Shown here in pieces: positions 1 to 20,774 of a DNA stretch of 64,000 nucleotides. Under the pieces are notes generated by a model. That model did no database searches, was not told where the DNA came from, and was given only the letters and a program-made list of their open reading frames with translations. The position numbers were made by a program, and so were the translations under genes. Numbering within the stretch: the first letter of the stretch is position 1; every line of letters begins with the position of its first letter. Origin of the DNA: Piromyces finnis finn (taxonomy: Eukaryota > Fungi > Neocallimastigomycota); the NCBI GenBank assembly GCA_002104945.1, contig MCFH01000005.1, positions 186,001-250,000 on the forward strand. The letters run 5' to 3'.

Positions 1-2300
1 CTTTCAATGATAAACTTTCAAAAAAAAGTTCTCAGATTATTATAATATTTATTGACATTAATATTATTAGACTTTGTTATCAATTATACTTTTTAAATTT
101 GTCAATGATATTCTTGATAAATTCGAAAAATATAGTGTTAATGCTAAAGAAAAAAAAATTGTGGTCGATTCTTTACTGATGATATTATGCTTATCACTCC
201 TCAATAAATTATTAAGGTGAGAGTCTGTAAATAGAGAGTTAAGAATCAAAGGACCTTTGATATTAATATATTATATTTATTACATTAACTCTTAATATAA
301 TTAATTTTGTTATACCACCATCTAACTATATTACATCCTCTATTTAGTATTCATACCTTTTCAGAAACCAATTAATATATTAATACATCAATGAAACCAT
401 TTAATTAAAATCAATTATCTCTATGATAAAATAACTCCAAAATTAAATCATTCTTTTTATTTTTATGTAATTGTAGTATATATATCTATATCTATATCAA
501 AAGGTGTATCTTAATATTACCTGTTCTTAGTACAGTTCTCTTTGAACCCAATAAAGCTGGTATAAAAGAGAGTAGCAAATTAGAAAGGATAAAGTAAAGA
601 AGAAGTTTTAATACAGATTATTTTATCTTTTTATATTTAACTTTTATTAAATTATAATATTAATAAATAAAATTGCATGTTACAAATGGCTAAAATAAAA
701 ATATATATATATAAAATTGTACTACATTTTAAAATTAATATCTTGAGTGTATGACAAAAAAACAAAAAATTTATTTTCAAATTAAATCTTAATATTAAAT
801 AATATATATAATTTATTATATATACATTTTATTTTTGTTAAAGTAATTTATCATTAATAATGCTATATTATATTAATAAAGAAGAAATAAAAAAAAATTT
901 AACATGAATTAGGAAACATTTAAAATAAATTATAATAATAATTAAAATAGCTATAATTTTTTAATCCTAAAAAAGGTTTTTGCTACCTATCGTAGGGATA
1001 ATTTTGATATTTTCAGCCATAAATAAACCATTATTAAAATTTTTTTCTACTATCTTATATTAAGAGGATAGGTTAATTTTATATTAATTGTTAATATTAA
1101 TTCAACATAATTTTAATTTATATACAATATATTATAATGTACTCCACATATATGTATTAGAAATTTAATAAATAGAAATTAATTATGAATAAAATATGTT
1201 AATATAATTATAATATATTGAATTAGTATTAATTTGTGATAAATTTATGAAACCTTATTATAATTAATTTTTAACACTTCCATATTTTTTTTTGTAGTTT
1301 TTTTATTCATATAATAATTTTATAATTGAATATTTAAAGCTATTTATACATTTTATTTTATTCTATTATATTTTACAATTAAAATAGATTTTATATTATC
1401 TTTTAATTATATTAATAAAAAATAATTAATTGCTGTAATTAAAAGATAAATTGGGTATAAAAAATAAAAAAAAAAATAATTAAAATAATAAAAATATAAA
1501 GAAATACAAGTAAAAAGTAGATGAAATTTTAATGTTAATATACATTTATACATAGAATTAAAAAAAAAAAAAATTGTTGTTTAATAAATAAAATTTTTAT
1601 ATTTGATGCATACTAATTTCAAAAATAATTGCTTTTTATTATATCTACAGTACTAATATTTTATCCATAAATATATTCATTATTTTTTTATTATATATAT
1701 ATATATACAAATATCTATATAAAGCATAAAAGATATAAATAATAAGATTATTTATTTGTTCATAAACAAATAAAATTATTTTATTAAAAAAAAAATAAAT
1801 AATTATTATATATAAATACATTGTTTCATAAAATAGCAAAACCGCTTTATTATCTTAAAAATATAATTAAATGAAAATTAAATAAACAATATTTGTTTAT
1901 TATATGCTATTTAATTTTTAAGAGCATATTAATAATAAAAAAAAAGAAAAAAGTAAGAATAATTCTTATAAATTGTTGAAAATTATATAAATTACTAAAG
2001 AAAATACTTTCTATCATTTATATAGAATATAAGATTATATTTCTAAATCTTATATAAAACATTTGAACAGTAAACTTGATAATATTACTATTACTATATG
2101 TTACTATATCATTAAAAAAAAAAAACAATAATAATAATAATAATTATATATAGTCAATTATAATTATATAATTTTAAAAAAAAAAAAAAAAAAAAAAATA
2201 AAATAAAAAACAAAAAATAAAATAATTATTCAGTACTTTTATAAATCAAAAAAAAAATAAATAAATAAATAAAATAAAATAAAATAAAAAATATAAATAA

Positions 2301-2331
<31 letters not shown>

Positions 2332-2363
2332 GAGTAAAAATATTATATAATTTAAAATTAATA

Positions 2364-4699
2364 ATGGATTATAGACATCTACCTTTAATATCAGGCTTAT
2401 TAATAGCCTTTTCATTATTTTTAAATTTCTTTGCTACTACAAACAATACATGGTTACTTAAAACTTATCCTCCTATAGATGAATACAAAAACAATATATG
2501 TAAAATTTCGCAAATAAATTATATTGTAAAAAATTTTTAATATAACAAAAATTTATTTATATACTAATTTTATGTTTAATATAATTTAATTCAATTTCAA
2601 TTTTAATATTTAAATAAACTAAAACTAATTAAAATAGTAATGCAATTATTATTATGGATAACTTTATTTCTTGCTATTGGTAGTACAATATGTTTATTCA
2701 TGAGACTATTTGAAAAATCTCTTATTAGAGTAACAAATCTTTGTATTATGTTAAGTTTATCTCAAGGTAATTATGGCTGTAAAATAATTTTATATATATT
2801 TATTATATTTTTATATATCATATATGTTAATTAATAATATATTCTAATAATACATTTAAATCAAAATAAGGATCAATATTAGTTATAATTGTATTGTTGT
2901 TTGCATTATTTAACCCATTAAAAGAAGAATTGGAATATTCAGAAGGTAAAACATTATTAGTGATTAAAATATGTCAACATTAGAAATATATTTTTAACTA
3001 ATATTTTATATATTCCTAATAGGCTTTTTCAGTGCAATTCAAGCATCATGCATATGCTTTCTTACAGCATCATTTTTATTCTTTGATAAAGTTACCACTG
3101 TTGACTTTGAAACTAAAGGTAGTGGTTTTTCTCGTGTTCAACGAAAATTAGTTATTTTAGTATCAGTCGCCATTCTCTATGTTTCTTTTGGTACATATAT
3201 ATTTTCGCGAATGGAACCATGGTCCTCGAAAGAAAGCATGTTCTTTATTATTACTACTTTAACAACTATAGGTATATAAGAAAAAAGCTTAAATATATTG
3301 TGCCAATAAATAAAGAAATGAAATTATTTAATAAAAATAATGATAGATATAGCAAATACTTTTAAATATAAATAATATATAATAATACATATATACATCA
3401 TTATTAAAGAAAAAAATTTTTTAATTAATTTACAATGAAAAAAAGGTTTTGGTAATCGTGCACCAAAGAATGATCATAGTAGATTATTCATTATTGTTTA
3501 TTCTATTGGTGGTATGGCAATACTCGCTTACACAATTTCAGTCATAAGTGAAGTGTTAAAAGAAAATGTAATGGTTAGTTTTCAAACCCAATTAACTATG
3601 TTTAGAGAAAAACGTTATGAGAGAATTTTATGCAGTAATGATGACAAAATAAACACAAATAGTGACGCAGTACTTAATTTAAATGATTTTGATGAAGAAG
3701 AAGAAGAAAGAAAAATAGTTTTAAATGATCAAAAACAAATGACTAAAAAGCAATTTACATTTGCAATTCTATTAATGATTTCATCTTGGGCTGGTGGTGC
3801 TCTAACTTTTTATTATACCGAAGGTTGGACTTTCATAGAGGCTTTTTATTTCTGTTTTATATCATTTTCAACAATAGGTTTCGGTGATTTAGTCCCAACA
3901 ACATCAAGTAGTTTATCCAGTAAGTAAAAAATTTTATTATAAAAAAACTGATATTTTTTAAGAAAAAAATATTAAAAATTTTTTATATTTATTTTTATGT
4001 TTTGTCCTGTTCTATTGCTTTACGATAATGATATCAAATATTACAGTATTTAATATTTGGATTATTTTAGAAATTGCAACAATGACATATTTAGCTTCTT
4101 CAGCAACTAATTATATTGAACTTAAATGGCAAGATAGTATTGATTCAAAAGACGAAAATAACGAATTAGAAGATGCATTAGATATTATTCGTGGCAATTC
4201 GAAAAAGAGAATATCGTTTGGTGAAAAAAAAAATAATAAAAACGAAGAAAGTATCCAAATGAACATAGTTAATAAAGACAATGAAATAAGACATCGTACA
4301 GTTATTCAAAATGATTTAGATAATTGGGAAGATGCTACGGAATCTTTTGAAAATATATTAAATAATACTGTTAAAATTAATAATGCTATGAAAATCCTTC
4401 AAACAAATATCAATATATTAAAAGAAGGTTATTATAAAAATTATAGAAATGAAGAAAATGGCATTCATCCCCAAAATTCATTAGATAAAACCATTGAAAA
4501 TACTATAAGAATTATTGAAGAATCCTGTGATACTATAAAAACTATTTCTATAGGAGAAGACGATAAAACTGAAAAGGGGGGAAAACATATTATTACTGAA
4601 TTTAATATTGAAGAAGTTAATGACAGAAGAGCAATATTTGTAAATGAAGATGAACAAACATTAATTATGCATAGTCGTGATCCGACCTCTAATAATTAA
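2364..4699 (+). CDS. TOK1: TOK1-type two-pore-domain outward-rectifier potassium channel (multi-exon)
   Basis: ATG at 2364 (MDYRHLPLISGLLIAFSLFL). Four N-terminal hydrophobic segments incl. LEYSEGFFSAI and GSGFSRVQRKLVIL. Pore 1 EPWSSKESMFFIITTLTTIG|FGN is split by an intron; pore 2 is EGWTFIEAFYFCFISFSTIGFGDLVP. About six exons with GT-AG introns. Confidence 0.88.
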
Positions 4700-5610
4700 A
4701 TTATTATATAAAATTTAAATATAGAAAATAAAATTAAATTCAGAATATTTTTATATAGATATATTTATAGTGAAATGAAATATATGATAATTAGTACTTG
4801 ATACCAAATTAAAATATATATATATTAAAATAAATAATCCTTATAGATTTTTATTAATATAGATTTAACACTTTCAATTAATTCTATTATACTACTTCAA
4901 AATTTTGTTAATATTTAATGATAAAAAAAAATTAAATAAAATGTAAAAAATTTTTAAATTTAATAACTTTAAGAAAAAGAAAACTCTATCATGAGTATCA
5001 TGAGTAATTAATATATTAAATAAATAAATAACAAACTAGAAAAAATTAGAAAAATAAATAAATAAATATAAGCATATTATCTTATATTTATTTATTTTCT
5101 ATTTTGATATATTGATATATAACTTATATGAGCTAAGTTTTTTATTTTCTATTTATATATTATTTTAATGTATCCATTATTTACATATGTAGGAATTATG
5201 TGTATTTTGTATTTTAATGTTAATTTCGCAACTATTATAAATTTATATTTATACTACATTTTTTGACTAAAACTAAATCACATACATTAAAGTAATAATT
5301 AATTTAAAATATATATAATCTATAAAATTATAAAATTATTAATATTTTAATGGGTTAATTTGAAAATTTACACAACTTAACCATTAAAAAATCAAATTTT
5401 ATTTTTAATTATAAAAAAAAGTTACCATAGAAAAAAAAATTATTTCATTTATAATAGCTTCTTTTATTAAAATTATAAATAAATTTAATATAAAAAATAA
5501 AATGTTCTATTATGAATACAATTGAATATTATTATTGAGTGTAAATATTTTAATATTTATTTTTATCTTTATTATTTATGGTTTTTCTGTTTAAATTATT
5601 GGTTTTATTA

Positions 5611-10357
<4,747 letters not shown>

Positions 10358-10712
10358 TTTTAAAATTATATTATTAAAAAAAAATAATAAATATTTATTA
10401 TATTTTTGCTTTCTTCTATATATTTAAAAATCATATGAAATAAAATTAAAATTTTACATGTTTGTTTCAAAAATTTTCCTATTTTATTAATAATTTTTCC
10501 TTTATGTTACATAACTAATATTAAATATATATATTTTACTTAGAGAATGAATTTAATAAGAATATTACATTATATATAATATTTACAATATTACTATATT
10601 ATAGTTGTTGTAATATATAAATTAATATTTTCCCTTTTTTATAATATTAATTAAAGACATAAAGGACATTGTAATAAAATTAAAAAAAAAATATTAATTA
10701 ATTAATATTTCC

Positions 10713-13700
10713 TTATCCATATTCATGGATATGTGCAAGTTTTTCAGCATTTGTGATAAACTTTATATGCCCATCTGATATTTCAATTATTTTTGAACAA
10801 TATTTATAAGATTTAATGAATTGTTTATTATTATGAGCAATTTCAACATTTGATAATTTTCTATCACACCCACATAAATAAGAAAAATGTTGATAACAGA
10901 ACTCATTTGTTGGATATATAAAATATGATCTTGAATCATTGCATAAATCTTTTTTGATGAATATATATTTAAATATTATTCCAAAATATATTATATATAC
11001 TGAAAAATCACATAATATATTCATTAGATAATTAAAGTATATGTTGTATTTTATATTTGTTAATTTAAAATAACCTATAATCTAAATATTTAAAAATTTA
11101 TATATAAAGGGATTAATAGTTTGATATATAATATTAATATTAACTAATTTATTTAATACTTATAATAAAAATATAAAATAGTATTTATTCTATTTACATT
11201 TGTAATTAGTCTTAATGACACAATAACAATAACTGAAATAAAAATTAATTTTACATGATAGAAGATCATTTCATAATTTGTTAATACTTTGAGTTTTAAC
11301 AGTAATATAATAAAAAAAAAAAATTCCAATGCATCAAATATTTTTTCGCTTGTTTCTAATGAGGATTTAAATTTATATTTATTGTTTGTTAGAATTATTT
11401 CTCCTTTATTATGCTTTATATATCCTTTATATATAATTATAAATATTAATATGAATATTATCATTATGTAGTAAAACAAACACATTTTATAAAAGCTATA
11501 ACTTTTGTTTATATTATTAATATATTTTTTTATTCTTAATTCTGATTTTACTGTATTATTATCTATATTTGATATTGTTGATATATCTATTGTTTTCCCT
11601 TCATACTTTCTTGCATCATTATATTCTATATTAGAATCAATCGAAAATAAATCATCATTTTGTTTGATATTTATTGAAATAGATTTATTAGTTTCATATT
11701 CCTTATTACCAATTCCGGAAATCTCTGCTAAGAAAATAGAAATACTAAAAATTATATACATTATAGTAATCCCTAAATACTTAAATAAAAAATTATAGCA
11801 ACTTTCAATCCAATTTTCCTTACAAATAAAATAAGTGCTGAAAATATTACATATTAGACCTATTAATAGAATTAAATGCTTTGTTAAACCTACATCAGAA
11901 ACAATTCCAGCATTTTTATTTACTAGCAATATTAATATAGTGACTATAAAAATTGATATTATTATGGATGAAACTATTTTTGTTGTAAATTTTAATGTAC
12001 TACATTATAAAATATATTAATATAAATTAAAATAAGAATACATTGTATTTAACATAAATAAACTTATATTTAAGTAAAGATAATTGATTAACATCAATTG
12101 TCTTTATTTTTATTCTTCTTACAATAAATCTTCATATATATATTCTTGACAGTCTTCTCCCGTATATCCATCTTTGCATACGCATTCATTATATTCTGGA
12201 CTATTTACATTAGGATTTATTGTACTTGGTAAACAATATGATACTGTTGAATTACACCAAGAATGACATATTGGCTGTTCACAATGGAAACATCTATTGT
12301 TATCAATAATAGTTACTTGATTTCTACTATCACAACCATTTAATTTTAAATTAATGCTTGTTGTATTAAATATTAGATGATAATCATTATTGTCTGATAC
12401 AAATTTCAACGTTATATTAAGACTTTTATTACTAAGTATTCTAAAATATTTTAAATCACATTTCCCTTTATTTATTTATTTATTAGTATTATTATTAAAT
12501 ATTAATGTTAATTATATTAATTTACTAATTTTTTATTTATTAATTCATTGTTTTTTTTACCTTGTACAAAAGATCCAATATTTCCTGATTTATTTATTAT
12601 TAAGGAATCTAACATTTCGTCATCATCATTTAATTCTACTTCAACTTTTAATGTAATATCAGAAAAATATTTCAGTCTATCAACTACTAATTGATTATAC
12701 TTATCATATAAAGAGAATTCTAAAGGAATATAGTCTCCACTTTGATATTTCTGATATATAAAATCATTATAATTATTTAATGCAATATAATATGGTTGAG
12801 AAGAATAATCTGATCCATATGAACTAGCTTTGTTTCCTTTAAAATTTCCTTTTATATTAGAAATATATGAGATTGAGTCATTAACTGTATAAATAGCACC
12901 TCCAGATACACCAGCATAGTTTCCAGTAAATTTTGAATCTTCTATAGAAATCTTATTAAACTTATTTAAGTAAATTGCACCACCAAAATACGTTGATTCA
13001 TTTTCTTTGAAAGTATTATTTATAAGTATTATTTCCCCTTCAATATAATTATCAATATAAATAGCACCACCATTTTTATCAGAGACATTATTATTAAACT
13101 TATTATTATACAATTTTATAGATCTTGACAATAAATCATTTAAGCATCTTATAATTTATATTAAATAAATAGATTTTTTTTAAAATATATTAATATAAAA
13201 ATTATTTTTAATATTTATATATATATTATAATTATATTACTCATTTAAACATACAATGCTCCTCCATTACCATTTGCAATATTATTATTGAATTCTGAAT
13301 TTAAAATTTCTAACTCTTGATTGCCATTTGATATTTGAAATATTCCACAATTATTTTTATTTAAATTTGTATTATTCAACATTATTAAATCATCTATATT
13401 CATTGTTGACTATTTTAAGAATATTAATATATTAAAAAAGAATTATTTATTATTTATTGATTAAATTAAAAAATTAATAATATTACTTTTTTTGAAGTAT
13501 TTTCTATTAATGAACCATAAGCGTAATTATTTTGAATTGTTATATCTTTTAAAAAAATTTGATTCATATTTCCCTTAAATTTTATTAATGGACCATTTGA
13601 TTGACATGAATATATTTTTAATTGTTCTATATTTATTTTTGAATTCTCAAGTTCATTTGTATTTATCTTTATCAGTGACGAATTATCCCCTAAACATTGA

Positions 13701-15447
13701 ACGTCATTAATTTCAATATTGGATAATTCTATCCTATTATTATAATTAAAATTTATAAAAGCTTCGGAATTAATTTTTGAATGACTTACATTAATATTTG
13801 ATAATTTATACTGAGTTTCTTCTCCAAAAATTCCGTTCCCTTGAATTCTTTTAATATAATATATTATTAATTTAATTTACTAAAATTATAACAATTTATT
13901 TATGATATATATATTAACAATAATATATTTTTATATATACGTTATATTTTGAAAGCAAGTATTAGAAATAATAATATTTGACATTTTCCCATAATCTATC
14001 AAAGGAAGTGAGTTCTTTATGTTATAATTTTTGAATACTGAATCTTCAATAGTAATATAACTATTTAATACCTGGAAAATAGTACTTGTATCTTTTTTTA
14101 ATAAAAGTAATTATTATAATTTTTTTAGATTTAAGAATGTAAACTATATAATATTAATACGTACTTTCAAAAGTAGTATTACTAATGACAGTTGAATCTG
14201 AATATTCAATTGTGAATAAATGATTTGCTCTGGAGTAATTATTAATAATACTACAATTTTCTATCCTTATGATAATTGTATTATGTATATATATTATTGA
14301 TTAAATAATTAATTATATTTGTATAGTTTTACTATATATATAATAATATTAGAAAAAAAAGTATATCTTCTGTTACTTTAAACTGGATAATCTATTCAAT
14401 ATTAATGGCATATCATCATTTATATAATTATTAAAGATTTTTGTATTTTTAATATATACTTGGTTTCCAATTCCAAATGATTCAATTAAGTTGGCACTTG
14501 CTTCATTACGTATACCTTTATTGCTATTAAATATACCTTTATTAATCAAATTTTTTATAATCATTAATATAGGTATTCTTTTTTTCATTTCATATTAAAT
14601 AATTAAATAATATAAAAATAATTACAATTATCTATAGTTAACCTTCCAGATTGAAGTATAACTATATTTTCATTACTTGAAAAGGTGCTTTCTGTTATTA
14701 TTATGTTTTGACAGACATTATTTTTTATATTCGTAGTAAAATATTTTAAAACAATGTAAAATAAATTTTCAGAATTTTCACTTTTTCAATTGAAAAAAAA
14801 AAAAATCAATATTAATATAATATATAATATATAATATTCATTTATTTATGTATGTATATAATTAACACCTACTAAAATTGACATTTTTTAACGATTATTG
14901 AAGGTTGTTTATCTAAACTAATATTGGGATTACAATCATAATATCTCAAATATTTCAATATAATACTTTTATTATTTCTAAATATGCAATTTTGAAACTT
15001 CAATATAAAATTCATTGATTCTGATATAATTTGAAATATTGAAAGTAATGTATTTCCATTATGGTTATAGTTTTGAAATATAATATTTTCAAAAGAGAAA
15101 TTACATCCCGTATTTATACAATTTGAATCAAATTCAATATGAAATATTCCTTTATTTGTATTTTTATAATCAAAAATAGTCCCGTTTTTATTCATTCCAA
15201 TAAATTTAACATTTCTTTCAATATTAAAATCAAAATTATATAATATTGTTAAATCATAACATTCATCTACAAAATATATATTAATATCTTCATTTGATAT
15301 CAATAGGTCTTTTGTTACATTTTCACCCAAATTCTCAAAGTAAGTACTGTTATTATATACATAGATATTTTTAGTTAAAGTTGAACTTACATTATATAAT
15401 ATAAATAATAATATGTATATTAGAATAATGTTTTGAATGATCATCAT
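10713..15447 (-). CDS. Large 7TM (class C-like) receptor with beta-helix and EGF-like ectodomain, copy 2; tandem paralog of copy 1 (multi-exon)
   Basis: Signal-like N-terminus MMIIQNIILIYILLFIL, GTIFDYKN motif as in copy 1, NGGAIY/YFGGAIY/SGGAIY repeats, EGF CVCKDGYTGEDC, 7TM region 11153-12020, and the same exon order as copy 1. Confidence 0.82.
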
Positions 15448-16241
15448 TATGCTATATATTTTTTTTCATATATTTATTTATTAAAGTAAAACTTTCTATA
15501 TATAATAAATTGAACTATAATTTTCTATTCATTCATATAAGAAATTATTAAATAAAACTTAACCATCTTAATCTTTAAAAAATAAAAAATTTTAAAAAAT
15601 AAAAAATTTTAAAATATAAAATTAACTTTTATAAAATAAACATGTTTAATTATAATAACAAATTTTTAATATTTTAGTTTTAAAGTTTTAATATTTTTAT
15701 GTTATAACCGAATTTTATAATAATTTTAAACATTTTATAGATCCTTTTTTATGAAAATTAAGGTTAAAGATAATTATTTAGGATTAGATTATAAATAAAT
15801 AAATAAATTTATCTTTATAATACTTTTTTAATATATTATATAATTATAATTTTATTCCTTATTTATTATTATTTTCTTTCATTATTATTTTATCAATATT
15901 TACAAAAAAATAAACATTGTCTTTTTTCTTTTCAATTTTTAAATTAACATAAAATAAAATAATAATTCTATTAACATAACTGACTCAGACCATTTTATAT
16001 CGCACTTAAATGTAACAAGGTGCAAAAATAATGGGGCGGCGATTTCGATCTTTATCCATCAACAAATTTAAATTCGGACGGACAAATCATTCACAACCAT
16101 TCTTCAATGTCAGCTTGAATAGAAGGTTCATTAGAGATTAAAATAATGAATAAACTTTAATATTTTATAGTAATAAAATTTTAAATATTTTATTGAATTT
16201 TTATGGATAAAATATTTTTAATATGATTGGCTACTTCATCA

Positions 16242-17412
16242 TTAAAAAAATATATAAAATACTGAAAAAATTAATAATACAATAAGTATAATTAATAGAT
16301 ATAATATTGTGTTTGAAGATAAAGGTATATTGTCAACTTTATCTTTATTGTTTTGTGTCGGCGAAATTTTTGCAGTTTTACGTTCTCTAAGCTTATTATT
16401 TATTACATGTGAATTTACTGGTGGAAAAGGTTGTTCTATATTATTATCACATAATTCTGGGAAAATGTCTAAAAGCATAATTAATTAGTTTTAAAACCTT
16501 TTTTTTAAATATATGTATATATAACATTTAGAGATATTACTTCTAAATTTAAGATCATTTCTATTATACTCTTTTGATTTTTTTGAAAATTCTATTTTAT
16601 CCTTCTTTGAAGTTATAATGCTTCCAGTGGTTGGTGTTTCTTCCAACTTATTTAATTAAAAATTAATAAAAAATTTTTTTTTATGTTTCTTTATATATGT
16701 ATACATATATATATATATAAAATATGAATACCATAAAACTTAAAAGGCCTGTTAATATGGTAGAAACACTCCAAGCTGGATTCCAAGTCTTTGCTATGAA
16801 TAAGTTAAATGATAAAAAATTCAAATTATAAAAATATTATTTTATAATTAAAGATATATTTTATATAAAAAATTTAATATTTACGATGATAGTCACTCAT
16901 AGATAAACAAAGCCTAAAATTTGTTTTAAACCGACCTATAAATATATTTAAATTAAGTTAATAAGTTTTATTATATGAATGTTTTTACCTTATTTATTTT
17001 TTAAATAAATACCATTTGGGGTCATCATTTTTATTGAAGGAGGTTTATATGGATATTCCGTAGGAAAATTAAGAATTCCATGATATTCTCCATCTTTAAA
17101 GTAGAATAATAAATTAAAAACTGTTTTAATATATTAATTATTTTACTAGTTTTAATTGAAAATATTACTATGATATGGTGAATCTGGGGGTCCAGTTATA
17201 ACATAATGCCTTTAAAAAATAAAATAAAATTAAAAACATTTAATTTATATTATTTTTAACACATCAATAAATAATAATTCAATTATTTTAAGGATTATAC
17301 ACCATTCTAAAATATTTGATTCCAATGGTTTAGCAATAATAAACGGTGGTGGATTTTTCATTATATTTATATACTCTTTGGTTAATCTTTTATACGCACT
17401 TTTTGTTGCCAT
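16242..17412 (-). CDS. UBC6: Ubiquitin-conjugating enzyme E2 J2/Ubc6, tail-anchored (multi-exon)
   Basis: Spliced reading [14 protein letters not shown]...[66 protein letters not shown]; C-terminal [23 protein letters not shown]. Confidence 0.93.
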
Positions 17413-17726
17413 TATTTACTTATATTTTAATTTATAATAAATCTTATAAAAAGTCAATATATACTTATTTTTTTTCTTAATTATATTTATATATAATTTA
17501 TTTTCAATTATAAATTTTTAATTATAATGAAATTTTAAATTTTAATCATTATAAATTAAGTTTTTAAAAATTTTATTTTATTATATTGTTTATTGTAAAC
17601 AATTAAATCAATTTATGTGAAAATTAATTATAGAAGTTGTAAAAAATTTTTTTTTAATTTTATATATATTTTAATTGATACGGAAAAGAAGAGAGGAAAT
17701 ATTAAAAATACATTTTATGAATTAAA

Positions 17727-20685
17727 ATGATTGATTCAACATCAGAGGATATTTTAAAACATATAATTAATGATATTGTTACAAGAGCAACTCATTATTT
17801 AAAAAGAAGAAAACTTGATAATGCGAAAGGTAGAAAATAAAATAATAATATTATATTTTTATTAAAGTCTTAAACTAATAATATATAATAAAGTTGAAAC
17901 ATATAATAATCAAGTTAATGAAATTGATGATCTGCAAGATATTACTAGTAAAAGTAAATTAAGAGAATATATTAATTCATTAATATCATATAGTGGTATT
18001 TTTGAAACATTATCAAATGGAAGCAATTCAACAAATGTATCTGAAACGTTAGCTGCATTTATTGTAAGATCAGCTGTATTAAATCCTGAAAACCATTTCA
18101 ATATTGATAAGGAGTTTAATAAAGGTGAAGTAGAGAGATTAATTCAGATAGCAGTGAATGAGATTATTACACAGAATTCACCTGTAATGGAAACAGTAAA
18201 AATGCAAGTTTATTTTGATTCACACTTTTCATCACAAGGTATTTATTTTTAAATAAAAATATTATTAGATAAAAATTTTATTTATTTAGGTATTCATACC
18301 CAATTCATATCATGATCTAATATTAAAAATGCATTTTTAATATATAATATATATTTTTAATATATAATTTATATATTTTAATTAATATTAAGCTGATTAT
18401 TTATATAAGGAAAAAAATACAAGATCTCATAACTGTTCATCACTACTAAAGGAAATTATAGAGTTTAATGGAAAATCTATATCTTCTTTAGAAAGTAACA
18501 ATATATTGAGAATTTATAATATTATTTTCATTTATATATAAGAAATTAAAACTATATATATAATATAGGTCTTTTTAGAAAAATTGTATCTTATTTATTA
18601 ATCAAGATTAAATTAGGAAATATTAGTGATATTAAAGTTATCAGGGAGGCAACAGGTTCTTTTAATATTATTTTTTAATTTTAATTTTACTACTATAAAA
18701 AGTATATTTATTTTATTTTTATTATATTGATAACACAGCTGCATTAGAATCAGTTTTTCCTCAAATTGAATTACCATCATTTATTGGATTATCAAGACAA
18801 GATAAAGAAACTCAATTAAATGGATTAGCTCAGTTAGTATGTGGAATAAGATTATTTAATAAGTACTTAGGAAAAGGAGGGGAATCAATAGAAGATTGTT
18901 TGTATTATTAATTTTAATACACTAACTTAAAAAAATGAATAATATGCTTAAAAATATTACATTCTTATCTTATTTAAAAATACAATATAAATAAAATGTT
19001 TAGTGAACCAATTATGTAAAATTGAAGTCGATGATTTAACAAGAATTTTATTAGATCAAATAAAATCAACAGAGCAAATCATACAAAAGTATTCAGGTTA
19101 TTGTTGTTTATATAAAAAAGAAAATATTTATATATATATTAATTTAAAGTAATGTAAACAATATTTATAAATATAAACAATAGCATTAATTGATTATTCT
19201 GAAGATAATAATGTTGAATTTGAAAATTGTCCAAGAAAGGAAATAAAAAATGCATTAATTTTCAGAAGGCAATATTTAATGTATTTAGATGCTTTAAATG
19301 ATCAACTAAATAAATCAAAAAAAGTATTAAACATTGTAGATTCAAAATTTGAATCAACATTAGAAGAATTAAAAACAGTTTGTAAATCAAAAACAGCTGT
19401 TCCAGTTGATCAAGTTTATGTAAATTTATTAATATATGAATAATATATTAATATATAATAACATAATATATATATATATTAAAATTTGATTATAAAAATA
19501 CAAAATCTTCAAATTTAGCCTCAATTTATGACTTTATCGAATTTATGGATGAGTTGGCAAGATGAATTATATCTCCTGGTTATAAGAAGAGGGATTACTG
19601 AAACAATAAAATCATTTGCTCAGGTTTCAAAAAATAATAATAATAAAATAAAATAAAAATAAAAATAAAAAGCATTGTTCTTAAATATAATTTTTTATAT
19701 ATATTTTTATAATTATGAAAGAATTTTTCAATAAAAGTTCCTTTAAATGATTTAGAAAATTCTGAAAGATATATAACAGAAATAGATCCCCCAATATTAG
19801 ATGGTAAATTACAATTTATAATTTTCATCAATAAAACGATAAATATTTAAATTTTTATTTTTTAAATTTATGTATAGAAAATACAATAATAAATAATGCT
19901 AGCATATTAATGTCTTCAATTAGTCAAATAAATAAAAATATTCAAATTCTTCATCCAAGTAATACAACATATTTTGATAAAATTCATTCTGAATATAGTG
20001 TAAGTTTTCATAATTATATAAATATTAATATAAAGAATTTAAATATTAAATATATCTATAGGGTTTTTGTCCGTATATATTTGTAAAAAGAAACGAATTA
20101 TTAAAGTCAGGTGATAGAAATATTGGTTTACTCCAATATAAAGATAAGGTTTATTCTTTTAGTACAATTGAAAGTGCCATTGAATTTTCTAAAAATCCAG
20201 ATTTGTATATATCAAAAAATAAATAACAAAGGATTTATTATTATTACTATATAATTAGATTATTTATAAAATTTTTTTTAATATGCCTATTTAGTTATAT
20301 ACAAAACATATTAATGATAGCTTGTAAAAACCCATCATTGATTCAATTATTCCATTTATATTCATACTTCCCAACTGTTGAAGCATTAGAAAATGTAAAT
20401 TTTTTCAATGTATATATTCTACTATTCTGTATAAAATATATATTAAAGTATTTATGTTTAATTAATAAAATATATCTATTAGACGAAAACATTTTCAAAA
20501 AAAAGATTATTAGGACAAATGCCAATTATATCAGAAATTGGTGTTCAAACCGATACTCATATTGTTGATACATATAAAGATCCAAATTATGAATGGAATG
20601 AATGGGAACTACGAAGAAAAGCCATAATGCTGGTAACTAATCATAACATTTTACTTATATGAAATACTAATAATATCAATATTAA

Positions 20686-20774
<89 letters not shown>

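Noticed and set aside
1-620. Possible exons of a small gene (ORF 67-249 on minus; alternative reading on plus)
   Set aside because: Splice-like signals exist on both strands, but I could not build a consistent reading frame or recognise a product.
1645-1839. Short hydrophobic ORFs in AT-rich spacers, introns or antisense to genes (e.g. 1645, 8012, 12390, 17910, 19595, 25083, 29036, 32035, 35587, 61313, 61667)
   Set aside because: They have the F/I/Y/L/N/K-rich composition expected from random AT-rich DNA, or are shadows of genes on the opposite strand.
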